A stretch of DNA of 63,624 nt, the filler included, from Reticulomyxa filosa (Eukaryota > Protista > Foraminifera), in assembly GCA_000512085.1 (NCBI GenBank). It is 15 parts of 15 records of this genome, joined end to end, with 100 filler letters (N's around TTAATTAATTAA, not from the genome) between each part and the next. Parts side by side here need not be neighbours in the genome. Positions count along the whole stretch, not along the records: positions 38,599 to 43,606 come from ASPP01007672.1; positions 43,707 to 44,842 come from ASPP01009031.1; positions 44,943 to 49,157 come from ASPP01005676.1; positions 49,258 to 50,330 come from ASPP01030482.1; positions 50,431 to 55,338 come from ASPP01000856.1; 10 more parts are not named here. The stretch is one strand, 5' to 3'. The notes beneath the pieces are model-generated. The model saw only the letters and a program-made list of their open reading frames with translations. It was not told the DNA's origin and did not search any database. Below, in pieces: positions 39,631-51,852 of this stretch. A program made the translations under genes and the position numbers. Numbering within the stretch: the first letter of the stretch is position 1; every line of letters begins with the position of its first letter.

Positions 39631-40136
39631 TAAAAACAATATTTGTTATTGTGATCACCAGCGGTTCAAGTAATAACATTCTAAAATAAGTAAATAATAA
39701 GCAGTAAATGAATATATTGGTGTTTATTTCTTGATCCAAAAAAAAAAAAAAATCTCCCCTCCCCCCCACATGAATGCATAATCCTGTTTATCCATTTCCT
39801 CGTGGGCGAGAGACGTTTGAAGTGATGCAAGTAAAAATAAGTGTTATGTTTATGGTGTTTGTCTTTTTTTTATTAAATCACAGGATGTACTTTACTTTTG
39901 TCTTTTGTTTTTTTCTCTTATCAAGTTGCAAATATGTTTCGTGTTCACTACTTTAAAAAAGTCTCATGACATTTCATAGCAATCTGTTTATTTCCATGTG
40001 CAGCCCAAGACAATTAAAAAAAGGTTTGACTTGTGAGCTTTGCTTGACCGCTTGAAAACAGCACGTTGTTCTCTACTTTGCCACAAGAAAGCTACCCATT
40101 GACAAAAAAAAAAAGCACGTTGAAACATTCTCCAGC

Positions 40137-42321
40137 ATGCATGAAATCAATTTTGAAACTGCTTCGGTCAGCACCGCCATGTGGAGTTCTTTTCTTCGCT
40201 TGTTCTCGGAGAGAGAGGAGAGAAAAACAAAGAAAATTCAAAAAAAGACAAAACAGTCAAAACACCAACACAAAAAAAAAAAAAAACAGAAAGAAGAATT
40301 AGTGGACCACATTCGAACTTTGCACAAAAAGATTAGCAACTTAAATACAGAGAAATCTTCAGTTAAAAAAAAAAGCAATTGGACACACTTGTCGATATTA
40401 GTTGATAATATTTATACGGACCTTCAGGAATGTACATTGAAACAGTAAAACTATTTATTTATTTTTATTTTTTGTGGGGGGGGGGGGGGGAAAAAAAGCT
40501 TCGCAAAAAATTGTCAAGTTATCGTGCGTCAATTGCGGAAGCATACCTTTTGGACGGAATAAAAGAAAAAAAAATAGAAAGCCCAGAAAAGAGGCAAAGA
40601 AAAGGGAACTCATTGAAAGTAGAAAATGAGGATAATGAAGAGGATAATGACGAGGACGAAAACCAACGATTTGAGGAAGAGACGAAAGCAATAATCGAAG
40701 AGCTGAAAGGGACGATAATGGATTTGCAACAGCAGCTTGCGGACGCGAGACGATATAACATGCGCTTGGATATGGCCCATCAAACAAGCGTCCGCACGTC
40801 GAAAATGTTACAAGAAGAGTTGAGCAAACGCCCAACAGTTGGGGTGCCTTCCGACAATGAAATCGATCCCGAAACGGAAAGAGAAATCAACGAAGGGATT
40901 CGAAACATTACCATCGGCAGTTATGTAACGATCGGCAAGGTCAATACTCATCAACATGGTCATGACCACGATCATGATCATGATCACGACTACGATCACC
41001 ATCATGACGATAATCATTTGTGGCCCATCGAAAAGCGCCGAAATGAGGTTATTTATTTATTGCAAAAAAAAAAAAAAAAAGGGGGGGGGGGGGGCGAAAT
41101 GTATATACATATATATATATATATATTATATGTATATATGTATGTGTTTTTGGTTTGTTGTCATTGTTATGATGGTGGCGTAGAAGAATCCTTCGATAGT
41201 AAGCAGCGAAGCCGAAGAGTTGACGGTGAACTCTGAAGAAAATAGATATAGTCGTAAGCATCCAAAAATTCGGAAAATAGGAGTAAGCGAGGATGGCTTC
41301 GAAGAGTATGATATCGACTTTGGCGATGCAAACGCGCCGTTGAAACGTGGACACGACGACGATGACGACAATGATAACAACAATGACAATGACAACGACA
41401 ATGACAATGACGGCAAAGAGCATGCGGACGAAGAACAGGAGAACGAATATGAGAACGACGAGGATTACAACGGCGTCGTCGATTCGAACAAAAAGGAAAC
41501 GCAAAAGTTGAGACATCAGCTATTGAATGAACAGTTGCAAGTGGAGGAGCTGAAACACGAACGAAGGAAATCCGTGATGGAGGCAGAGACCTATCAACAG
41601 GAACTGCTCAAGATTCGAAGCATGACCCCAGAACAGTTTGCAATGTACAAGTCACAACAGCCGTCCGACGACCATTCCACTATGGTCAAATTTAATGTGC
41701 CTGAGTCGCTCACTCAGTCAGTCTCTCGTCTTGCTGCTACAGCCTCTACTGTCACTCTCGGCCATGACTTGTATGTGTTGTTCTCGCCATTTCTTCTAGT
41801 CTCTCTCTCTCTCTCTCTCTATACTTATGTGTACATAATTACACATATATCGACTTGGTGTGCGAATGAACAAAAAAGAAAAAACTCGTGCGCAAAATGT
41901 GCGGAATTACACCTGTGGATGGATGACTTGCAACACAAACTGGAAAAAGCCCATGCCAATGTTGACAAATTGACCCGAGAACGACGCAATTCCTTGGCCA
42001 GAATGAGTGAGAGGGCATTCAAACAACTGCTCGATCAAGAACAAGAACATTACGATGAAAAAGATCAACTACATGCCGTCATTCACGATCTCAACACTCT
42101 CAACGCGCGCTTGGTTAAAGAGAAATGTACTTTATTAGAAAATACCTGTCAAACGATTGATCATTTGAGGTGCTGTCTTTTCTTCCACTTTTAAATCTTC
42201 TTTTTTTTTTTTTTATTTCTCATTATTTTTTAACTATTTTATTTGTGCATATCAGTATTTTGTCTTTGTTTCGAACAGAGAAAATATCAAGCGGCTTTCC
42301 ACTGAAAAAAACCACGATTAA
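40137..42321 (+). CDS. Multi-exon coiled-coil protein (start uncertain)
   Basis: ORFs 40430-41236 and 41220-42194 with heptad E/K/L/Q content and HD/DN repeats; final exon 42279-42321 RENIKRLSTEKNHD*. Confidence 0.6.
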
Positions 42322-43257
42322 GTGCTTCTTTTTCTCTTTTTTCTAATTCTTTGCTATGCCTTTTTTTTTTCTGCTGTTGTTATGTTGGAACGCTTTTGGG
42401 TTGAGTTTCTTTGTTGTGTATTTTTGGTATGTGTAGCGACTTCGTTTTCTCATTGTTTTTACACGGAACACTTTTTTTCTCGCTTTCTTGTTTTTCTATT
42501 TGGGTTTTCTTCCATTTTGTTGTTGTAAGGCAGATTTGTCCATCTGCTTCATTGCTTGTTTGTCTTTTATAAAAACAAACAAAAAAAAATGTGAAGAAGA
42601 TTGAACAACAAAAGATATATCCAATTTGCATCCCTCAAATCCAAGTAATAAACGGCACTCGGAAAAGGGCGCACTATTAAAAAATAACTATTGACTCAGA
42701 AGGCATCACGCAATGCACTTTTACTTTTTTTTGTTGAGGCATGTACAAATTTTTCCCTATGATGGTCTGTACCTTTAATTATTAACGATAGACGTTTCAA
42801 GCACAAGAATAAACGAACAAAAACACTTACTTCTTCTTACAATAATTCCATATACTCTCATTTCTGATGTTATTTTCCATTTTTTGGTAGTGGTTTGACA
42901 AAGAATACTGTTACACAATGAGTTCATTTTACAATAAAAAAGTGATATTAAGCTAAAGTTAAACGTGGTTAACATCAATGTGATTGAGAAATTGTTGGAC
43001 TAAAGACAATCAGTTTTTTTTTGCTTGAAATAATAAGCGATTCCAAAAATCTATTTCAAAACCAAGCAAATTAAAAGAAAAGACGACAACACACTTTTGT
43101 GGAAACATAATTTTTTTTTCACAACAAAGACACGATCCCAAAATTTTGTTTGTTGTTGTCTTTTTTTTTCTCCATTCAAAAAAAAATAAAATAGCTAAGA
43201 ATGAAGATGATAAAATAGACACACAAATTGAAAGTCCAGAAGTAAATGTGAAAGAAG

Positions 43258-43545
43258 TTAATATCTGGTTAAATATTCGTCAACAACTTTTTGTGTTGGT
43301 TTGTAGACTCCATCTCGTGTCAAATATCCAAAATCTTCAGCTTCTTTCAGAATGATGGATAAGCTCGCGTTTCTTTCACGACAATATCTAATAAGAGGAG
43401 ATATATAAATGATATATATGTGTATATATATACATATGTGTTATATATTACTAAACGAATTGTAGATGATTCCAGGAATAAGACAAACGGAAATTTGGAT
43501 GAACGCAACGAGCCATGATATTGGTGATTTGAATGTGAATTCTTG
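43258..43545 (-). CDS. 3' end of a membrane protein, probably a P4-ATPase (phospholipid flippase)
   Basis: TFKSPISWLVAFIQISVCLIPGIIYNSF followed after an intron by ASLSIILKEAE...RY*, matching the last TM helix and 'IIQE' tail pattern of P4-ATPases. Confidence 0.45.
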
Positions 43546-43706
43546 TGCATTGATTGGTGTATGTGTATAAAATGGGTGTAATGGATGTAAAAAATATATA
43601 CATATANNNNNNNNNNNNNNNNNNNNNNNNNNNNNNNNNNNNNNNNNNNNTTAATTAATTAANNNNNNNNNNNNNNNNNNNNNNNNNNNNNNNNNNNNNN
43701 NNNNNN

Positions 43707-43972
43707 TTGAATATTCACCATTTGTAATAAAGAATAGTATTGGTAATTCATATGTGATATGTTCCGGATCATATGATAATACAATTCGTTTTTGGGATAT
43801 TCGATCAAATAAGAATGAATTGCATAGGATCAAAGGAGATGAGCAAGAAGATGATGGAATATTTTGTCTTAAATTTATTGGATTGAAAAAGAAAAAGAAG
43901 ACAAAGAATGTTACTTATGATTTGAATTTGTGTTACGGCTCATTCAACGGTCCCATTCGTATTTGGGGATAA
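43707..43972 (+). CDS. 3' end of a WD40-family gene
   Basis: EYSPFVIKNSIGNSYVICSGSYDNTIRFWDIRS...YDLNLCYGSFNGPIRIWG*; highly similar to 25468-25620. Confidence 0.85.
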
Positions 43973-44552
43973 TTTAGTTTTTGTCGAATAAGAAATAAAA
44001 ATGTTTTTGTTTGAAAAGTGTGATTAAAAAAAGTAAGTTGATATTAATCTTGTTTGATCTAATTGAGCACACTGAAAGATGTGTTTTATCTTACTTTGTT
44101 GAAAAAACTGCGTTGAATGAAAAGCATAATAAACAAAAAAAAACATTAAATGAATTTTCAAATATCTTAAATTTATATCCTGAGAATAATTTTAACCGTT
44201 TTAAGTCAGCTCACAAGTATTTTATTCGAGAAAACAAATGGATAACATTCCAAATATGAAAATGATTAATAAATAATGAACTGTCAAAAAATAAAATAAA
44301 ATCTATTATTCGAAATTTGATTAAATTATTTTCAAATACAGTAAGTAAAATATCCATAAGTTATGCTATCTTTAAATATGGTATTGACATTATGTTGTCA
44401 GATTGTTGATAAAATTCATTTTTAAGCATTTTTTGTTAATATATTTATTTTTACCAGACCACATAAATTAATTTTGAAAAAAATAATCAAACAAATAATT
44501 TTTAAACACGTAATTTCTTATGATTTCAAGTTATGATATCATTAAAAGTTTT

Positions 44553-44842
44553 TCAAGCAATAGCACATCCGTTCATCAAATTTTGAAAAAATTTGCAAAG
44601 TTGACTTTTATTCAATTTCATTGAAATTGTCGCATTACCGTGCAAATGATCAATGAAAGCTTTCATCTTCAACGATATCTTTATCTCAATATGCTCCAGT
44701 CCTTCCCATGCAAGACAAGACAAACAATGAAACATATTAAACATTGGGACAATTTGTAGTAAATAATAGGCGACCAGTTTTGAATTCAATTTATTTGTAA
44801 TTTCATCAAATCTATCCATCCTTTGCATTTACAACAAGTTCT
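44553..44842 (-). pseudogene. Decayed fragment of a HEAT-like repeat family
   Basis: ISMKLNKSQLCKFFQNLMNG and EITNKLNSK resemble a helical repeat unit; flanks are disrupted. Confidence 0.35.
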
Positions 44843-45672
44843 NNNNNNNNNNNNNNNNNNNNNNNNNNNNNNNNNNNNNNNNNNNNTTAATTAATTAANN
44901 NNNNNNNNNNNNNNNNNNNNNNNNNNNNNNNNNNNNNNNNNNTAAAAAACAGAAAAGAAAAAATATTGTCACGCAGTTCAGCAGATGGCCAAATCATCAA
45001 CTTACGACAAATTATATTTTTTTTTTATCAAATTGATTTGAGAAATATTGTCAAAGTGTTAGATTCATTATATTGTTTAACTAAACAAATGAAGATCTAA
45101 TTCCTCTTCAATTAGAAGCATTGATTTGGCTAGTAGCAGTCATCTCATTGTCAATAGATGTTTATACTTGATTGATAATATATAGAATGTATTGCATATG
45201 AATAATATTGAAAATATTCTTCATTTGGAACCATTTGTGGATATGGAAAATGATGATGCGTTGTTTCATTACCACTATGTTTATAATGTCTTAATCATTC
45301 ACTCGAGTGTTATTATTTTTCATTTTACAATGCAATGATCTTTTCGGACTTATTATTTCATACAGCCGAACTGTTGCTAACCACACTTTGCTTTTCTTGA
45401 TAAACATTTCTAATTCAATGTGTTTTGCGAAAGCTTAAAATTCTAAAAGTGATGCTATTTTGTTTATCTTAGTTGTTGTCAGACTAGCAGCTATTTTTGT
45501 AAAAAGCTAGTTTTCAGCTGTCAAACAAAAGAATAAGCCACAATTTTGCTATTTTTGTGTGAAGGCAAGAGGATTGTGCCCGGACTTGCAAAACAACGCT
45601 TTTAAAGCCAGTTCCAGGGATAAAGATAAAAGTTCAATTTCGTCTTGTTGGTGTTGTACTTTTTGGCGAGAG

Positions 45673-48600
45673 ATGCGGCTCAATTTCATTGTTGTGGCAC
45701 TTGCTGCTGTTTTAAGTTGGCTGCAGTTTGCAGATGGAGCAAGTTGGTGTTTTTTTAACTTTTTTTTTACTTTTTTCTTTGCAAACACAATCACACAACT
45801 GAATAACACAGACTGTAACACATATTCCACACAAAGTAAATGTGATGGCGCGAGCGGATGTTATTGGGCTGATTCTCGATGCAGTTAATTGATTTTTTTC
45901 GCTCCTTCTTCCCCTTTTTTTCCTTCTCATTTTAAAAAAATAAACGGCACCAATAACAAAAAAAATCTTTAGCGTGCGCGTCAAATGTAACAATGGATCT
46001 TGTTTTCACAATCGATGCAAGTGGTTCTATTGGCGCAAGCTCGTTCCAAGTAGCATTGCAATGGGTCGTGGAAATCATTGACTCTGGTCTGACAAGAGAC
46101 TCCCGTGTTGCCTTCATTCGTTTTGCTACTAACTCGGACCTCTTATTAGATTTAGTCCAATCCGAGAGATATTCACAATCACAATTGGAAACATTTGCCG
46201 CTGATATTATTTACACTGGAGGAAACACTAACACTGGTGGGTTTTTTTTGTAAATTTTTTCTTTCCCCTTTTTTTTTTTTTTGAAAAAGAAGAAATACAT
46301 ACATACGATACTTGTCTTTTTAAAATAGTTGCTGCCTTGGAGCAATTGATGGCAATGTTTTCAGCTGAAGGAAATCCCTACGCAAGTTGGGTTAACATTT
46401 TAATTACTGACGGTAATCCGAATGCTGCCGATAATGATGTTTGTTCACGAGCCTCCCGAATGAAAGCAATGGGTAATTTTTCTTTTTTTACAATTTGAAG
46501 CGATGTTGGAAAAATTATATTTTTTTATTGTTTCTCAAAAAAAAAAAAAGGTATCACAACAATCATCATTGGTGTTGGTAATGATTGGAATCCGGCCAAA
46601 GTTGATTGTTTGGTTGATTCGCAATCCGACATTATTTATGTAACAAGTTATACGTCGGGACAATTAAACGCTATTTTGCCCTCTCTGACCCAAGTAACTT
46701 GCCCAGGTATTGTTTATTTTTTATTTTTGGGGTTTTTTTAAAGGGGGGATGAGTTTTTTGAAAAAAGTAAAAAAATTGAGGTGTACGTATTGTTTTTTGT
46801 GGTTGACACTTTTTAAAAAACTAAGTAACCTATCACTTGGTAATCAGTGAAGTACAATTGGACTTGATAAGCTCAACAGAGGGATCAAGATTTATTGAAG
46901 CATATAATCCCAGCACTGCAGTGACGTTGACAGATTTGGACTTGGATGGCATTTTTGAAGGTAAAGTAACGAGTGATAGCGCGCTGACATTGCCTCAAGC
47001 AAGCTATTTGGTATTGTATGACAAGGGTGCTCCTACAATGGTGAGTTGCCAAGATTGTAAATGTTCGAAAAATAGCAATAACTTATGTACGGATGCTGTA
47101 TATATTGGCTGTTGCAGTAGCGGCTGCTCGTGTTATTTTGGTGGTTCAAGCATGTCCAACACAAATTGGCATGTCTCTTTGATGGATATCGCTAGCAGTC
47201 AAACTACTGACACTGTTGATAGTGTAACGTATGATAGCAGCACATGGCCGCAAATAATGAAAGGATACACCTACTCGTTGAAATACATTGGCTATGACAA
47301 TCACCAAGGAAGCAACTGGCAGCAATCATGTAACACCCAAGGCACACAGGGGATCGTACCCAATTACCAACTGTTCATGGAGTTACGTAACGAACTAAGC
47401 TTTACATTTCATTGAACCAAATTTTGAAAGTTGAGCTAAAAATTGATTGTTGTTTGAATAGCTTGTACCGATCAACAATGCCAGTTGAATGGTGCATCCA
47501 ATGCAAATTGCCAAGGAAGTGGTAGCTCTCAAAAATGTGATTGTAACAGCAATAATTACTACTTCGCTGATCGTACATGTAATTCTGTTCCACCTCCTGG
47601 TGATTGTTATGCTTATTGGATCAAAAATGAAACAACTAATTCCCGCTATGTTACCTTTGAATGGGGCGCAGCTGCAACGGACAGAGACCACAAGTATCAG
47701 TTGATTTATTATACAAGAACTGGATCATCTGATCAAGTCACCACTTCTTCTCGTACAAAGACAGTGTCCGATTATGATTATTCCCGTGGTGTTAATTCAT
47801 TAGCAGGGACTGTACAAACACAAATCCTTGGCTCGGACGGTCTTGCCGCGTATTCGAGCAGCCAATATTGCTATCGTAAGTTTTTGTGTTTGTTGTTGTT
47901 TTTAAATAACATTTCGAAATAATGTCAAATATATCTTAGCTGTGACTATGGCACCAACCGCTGCTCCGACCTTCTCTCCTCCTTACATATATGTATCCGG
48001 AGATATTTGCAGTGAGGACAGGTGCTCATGTGCCGATAAAAATCCATACAATTGCACTGGTCCTGATATTGAAAAAGATTTCAGGTGAGTTAATTCCTTG
48101 TTTTTGTTAGCTGTGCCGTCGCACAAGTTTTTTTGGTTTTGCAATAGTGCTGACGACGTTAAAATTCAATATGTAAGTGTCCGAAGAAAGCCTGAAGGAT
48201 TTGACCACATTATAACAGTTTTTTGGGACGTAGTGTACAATGCCAACTTTACCGGAGTCACCACCAACAGCACAGTTTTGATTTTTTTTGTTATTGTGGT
48301 TTGTTGTAAGCACATAATACAAATGTACAATTTTTCATACTTTGCAGACGACAAGAAGACGCTTGGCCGGCCTTAATGCAACCAATGCGACCAATACAAC
48401 AACTGATATTGGTATCAACCCTAGAAGTGGTGTTCTATTCTTCAATTCCAGCGAATTTGGTTAGGTTTTTTTTTGAGGAAAGACGAAAGTTGTAACATGT
48501 TGTGTATTGTACAAAATAATAGAGCAAAAAATCGGCTTCATCATTGCAAAACAAGCGACAGTTCCTGGAGAAGATAAATACAAATGGTTTACATTGAATT

Positions 48601-49124
48601 TAACAATGTGCAATTCCTCAAACCCTCAAGTTTGTACTCCAGTGTACCCATCCATATTGAGAATGAGAGTTGACATTACTGGTGGCGGAGATGCTCTCCA
48701 CGAAACAAAGACCCAAAAAGAAATGCCAAAATGGCTGTGGTGGTTAATTGGAGGCTTGGTTATATTTGCTGCAATTTTAGCACTACTTGGTTACCGTTAT
48801 TGGTGGAAACATAAACAAACATCAGGCGAATTACTTGAAACTGAAGACCAATTAGAACACGCTTTGGAAGAAAATGAGCTCGGCTTTGGAAGAGATTTGG
48901 GTATTGGAGATGTGCAGTTCAACCCAATGGCTACTGGTGTTCCAGGACAAACTAAAGCTCCTGAATTATTTGGTGGAGAGTTGGACAAACGAAGTAAAGA
49001 TGCTTCGAACGTGCGCGCTGATGTTGCAGTGGAGAAGTTTGCGCACAGAGAACAATTTGGCCAACAACAAGGAATGAAACGTCCCAACGGAGGCAATGAT
49101 TTGTCACAACCATTATTGGGATAA
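45673..49124 (+). CDS. Type I membrane receptor: signal peptide, Cys-rich, VWA, lamin-tail-like, EGF-like, FN3-like, Calx-beta-like, TM, ~105-aa tail
   Basis: MRLNFIVVALAAVLSWLQFADGA; DLVFTIDASGSIG (MIDAS DxSxS), GGNTNT, ILITDG; LVISEV...FIEAYNP...VDSVTY; CQGSGSSQKCDC; VTFEW...YQLIYY; VSVRR...ITVFW; TM WLWWLIGGLVIFAAILALLGY; about ten or more exons. Confidence 0.85.
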
Positions 49125-49268
49125 ATTTATGTGTAAAAAGTCATATTTGCATCAAAANNNNNNNNNNNNNNNNNNNNNNNNNNNNNNNNNNNNNNNNNNN
49201 NTTAATTAATTAANNNNNNNNNNNNNNNNNNNNNNNNNNNNNNNNNNNNNNNNNNNNGCGGGAGCGAG

Positions 49269-49300
49269 AAGCCCGCGACCACGACCGGGACGGCGGGCTT
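49269..49300 (-). terminator. GC-rich inverted repeat just downstream of the minus-strand ORF; intrinsic-terminator-like
   Basis: AAGCCCGC (49269-76) ... GCGGGCTT (49293-300), 15 bp after the stop; U-tract is weak. Confidence 0.4.
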
Positions 49301-49314
49301 ACTCACTGATCCGG

Positions 49315-50322
49315 CTATACTGTCGGTCCGTGTGGCCCTCTTGGGGGAGTGTTATTGCGCAGGAATGCCCTCGCCTCGTCTGCACCACGTTGAGCAGAAG
49401 CAATCCATTTTCCTTGCGGAGATGTGATGTTTGTTCCTAGACAAGTCATTGCATCCATAGCGGCCTGCATTCGGGCTTCGCTGTTTTTTCCGGTTTGATC
49501 GTTAAACCAAAGACAGAATCCATAATGGAAGAAAGATCTGTTGAAATCGCTGACTCGCCAAATGTGAGTTTTGAATACATCAAGCCACCCGAACAAATAT
49601 CCAACAGTTTCTTCGTTGTGTGGACTCCCGGAGCCGCCAGAAAGCATAGCCATCATTTGCAAGGGTGCGACCGCCGATCCGACGATGTCGCACATTCTGT
49701 GCATGTCGTCGGCAGCTTCACCAGTTGGGGTGGATATTCCAAGTATGTCATTGAGATAGGCATCATCTACGCGATGCATTGAATTGAAAAACCTAAGGCC
49801 TTCCGATGGGTTGCGTCGGCGCTGTGTATCCGCGTCAGGTCCTGATTTTTCGAGTATTTTTGAGACTTCCCGTGCTAATGGAGTCGAGGAACTGCTTTCT
49901 GTGAACTCTATGTATGCCTCGGTGGATCGCGTTAAAAGGTTGTGGTCCAGCATGGACAGAGGATATTTATGACCGTTCTCCTCGATCTCCATCATTATCT
50001 TACCTATACAAAGAGCGTATATGTGTGAGTCAGATGTTGGAAATCTCGAATCGTTCATTTTTATTGCGTTTGCAAATGCTAATGCGGCTACTGTGAATTT
50101 ATGAGGTCTCGCACCGCTTTCGCCATTTAGAATGTTTGGTATTTCCTCCCATATTTCTCCAATTATCTTATTGGCGACTTGGGCTGGGTCTCCTGAAAAC
50201 ATATGATTTTTTGAAAATATTGTTAGAAGATTTTGAGCCGGTTCCGGCACCATGGTTTTGAGGGGCCGCGTGCCGCGATTTCGCGCAAAGCCTTGGCTTT
50301 GCAGGGTTTCGAGCGGCACCAT
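49315..50322 (-). CDS. Intronless hypothetical protein on a probable bacterial contig (true start probably downstream of 50322)
   Basis: 335-codon ORF; no homopolymer or TA tracts; GC-rich flanks; hairpin after the stop. Confidence 0.65.
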   Translation of the reverse strand: MVPLETLQSQGFARNRGTRPLKTMVPEPAQNLLTIFSKNHMFSGDPAQVANKIIGEIWEEIPNILNGESGARPHKFTVAALAFANAIKMNDSRFPTSDSHIYALCIGKIMMEIEENGHKYPLSMLDHNLLTRSTEAYIEFTESSSSTPLAREVSKILEKSGPDADTQRRRNPSEGLRFFNSMHRVDDAYLNDILGISTPTGEAADDMHRMCDIVGSAVAPLQMMAMLSGGSGSPHNEETVGYLFGWLDVFKTHIWRVSDFNRSFFHYGFCLWFNDQTGKNSEARMQAAMDAMTCLGTNITSPQGKWIASAQRGADEARAFLRNNTPPRGPHGPTV

Positions 50323-50430
50323 AGGCCGATNNNNNNNNNNNNNNNNNNNNNNNNNNNNNNNNNNNNNNNNNNNNTTAATTAATTAANNNNNNNNNNNNNN
50401 NNNNNNNNNNNNNNNNNNNNNNNNNNNNNN

Positions 50431-51852
50431 ACAAAAAAAGATAATGTGCTTACAACGATTTTCACCGATAGTTTTTCGTCATTGACAACCAATCACTGTT
50501 ATTCAATCTGTGGGACATCATGTTCCCAACCAACCCCTTGGTACCTAAATTACCAAAAAAAAAAAAAAGGGGGAGTGGAAAGAGAAGTAGTATACGTATA
50601 CAAAAATGATTTTTTTTTAGGTTAAGTTTGAGGAAGGAGAAGATTATTAAAAAAAGTGTTTTTATTTTTTTTTTTAAAAAAAAAAACAAACATAAAGCCC
50701 GACATCCTTTACACCGTTGCCAACAATCCAACCGAGCAAACCTCCCACAAAACAGCCCACAAAGCAACCAACAACAAAGCCTCCTACGAAGCCCCCCACG
50801 AAGCAGCCCACGAAATCACCGACAACAAAGTCGCCTACCAAGCCGCCCACAAAACAACCCACGAAGCAGCCAACGACCAGTACGCCGACAAGTGCGCCCT
50901 CGAGGATGCCTACCTCGACGCCGACGAACCCAACCACGAGAGCGCCGAGCAAATCGCCGACCAAAATACCTACCAAAGCTCCCACGCAATCACCAGTGCC
51001 GACCACGGCCCTGCCGACAAAGTTACCAACCACGGCTCCGCCGACAAAGTTACCGACAAAGTTACCGACAAAGTTACCAACAAAGTTACCGACAAAGTAT
51101 CCGACGACTTTGCCGACAAGACATCCAACGATTAGGCCAACCACTCAGCCGACGGATCACCCGACGCCTTTGCCGACAAATCACCCAACGATTCATCCGA
51201 CCACTCGTCCAATCCCGCACCCCACAGGCACACCGACGACAACGCAGCCCACCAATGCACCCACGACTGCGCCCTCGTCGGCGCCTTGGACCACGGGCAG
51301 CGGCCAGGACCAACATGATATCACCAATCTGCGCTCACAGTCCACTCTCGTTCTGCTCATTGGTACCATCACCGTCATTGGCTGCGGCATCTTTGGACTT
51401 TGCGTGGGCGTTGCATACTTTGGCTTCATTTCTCGCAGATCGCCCAAAGTCATTTCCTTTGGTAATACCAATATGTACAATATATACACATATACAATAT
51501 TTATATACACACATTTATGTATATATGTTTATATTGTATATGTGGCTTTTTTTTTTTTTTAATATTATTATTATTATTATTATTATTACTATTATCATTA
51601 TTGATGGATGATCTTGTTTTGCTTGGCTCGAAATTGACAGAGGAGTTTGTCCAACTTGAAAAAGAACGAGAAGCCAGAGCCGCAATGGAGGCAGCGAGGG
51701 ATGCAGAGGAAGGAGAAATTGTGATCAAGGCGGGAAAGAATGCCGATCAATTCGAATCTATTCAGCCTGGGGGACTCTCGTCGCAGCATCAACAGGGACA
51801 AGATGAAATACAGCTTGGACAAATCAACAATCATGCCTTGCGTATTCAATAG
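50431..51852 (+). CDS. Mucin-like (xPTx)n stalk type I membrane protein, 5' truncated
   Basis: Long array of PTKQ/PTKL/PTxH tetrapeptides at 50717-51280; TM LVLLIGTITVIGCGIFGLCVGVAYFGFI; last exon ~51640-51852. Confidence 0.8.
50719..51275 (+). repeat. Degenerate 12-bp tandem repeat (e.g. CCGACAAAGTTA) encoding PT-rich tetrapeptides
   Basis: Direct reading; near-perfect units at 51041-51100. Confidence 0.9.

Noticed and set aside
27778-50330. Operon- or island-like clustering of ART, kinesin, USP, VWA receptor and the bacterial ORF
   Set aside because: These genes lie on different contigs separated by linkers, so their proximity is artificial.
50719-51275. CRISPR-like array
   Set aside because: Contiguous coding tandem repeat with no unique spacers and no cas genes.
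50628-51611. Long overlapping ORFs in several frames and on both strands over the PT repeat
   Set aside because: The 12-bp repeat lacks stops in alternative frames; only the PT frame leads into a TM helix and spliced tail.
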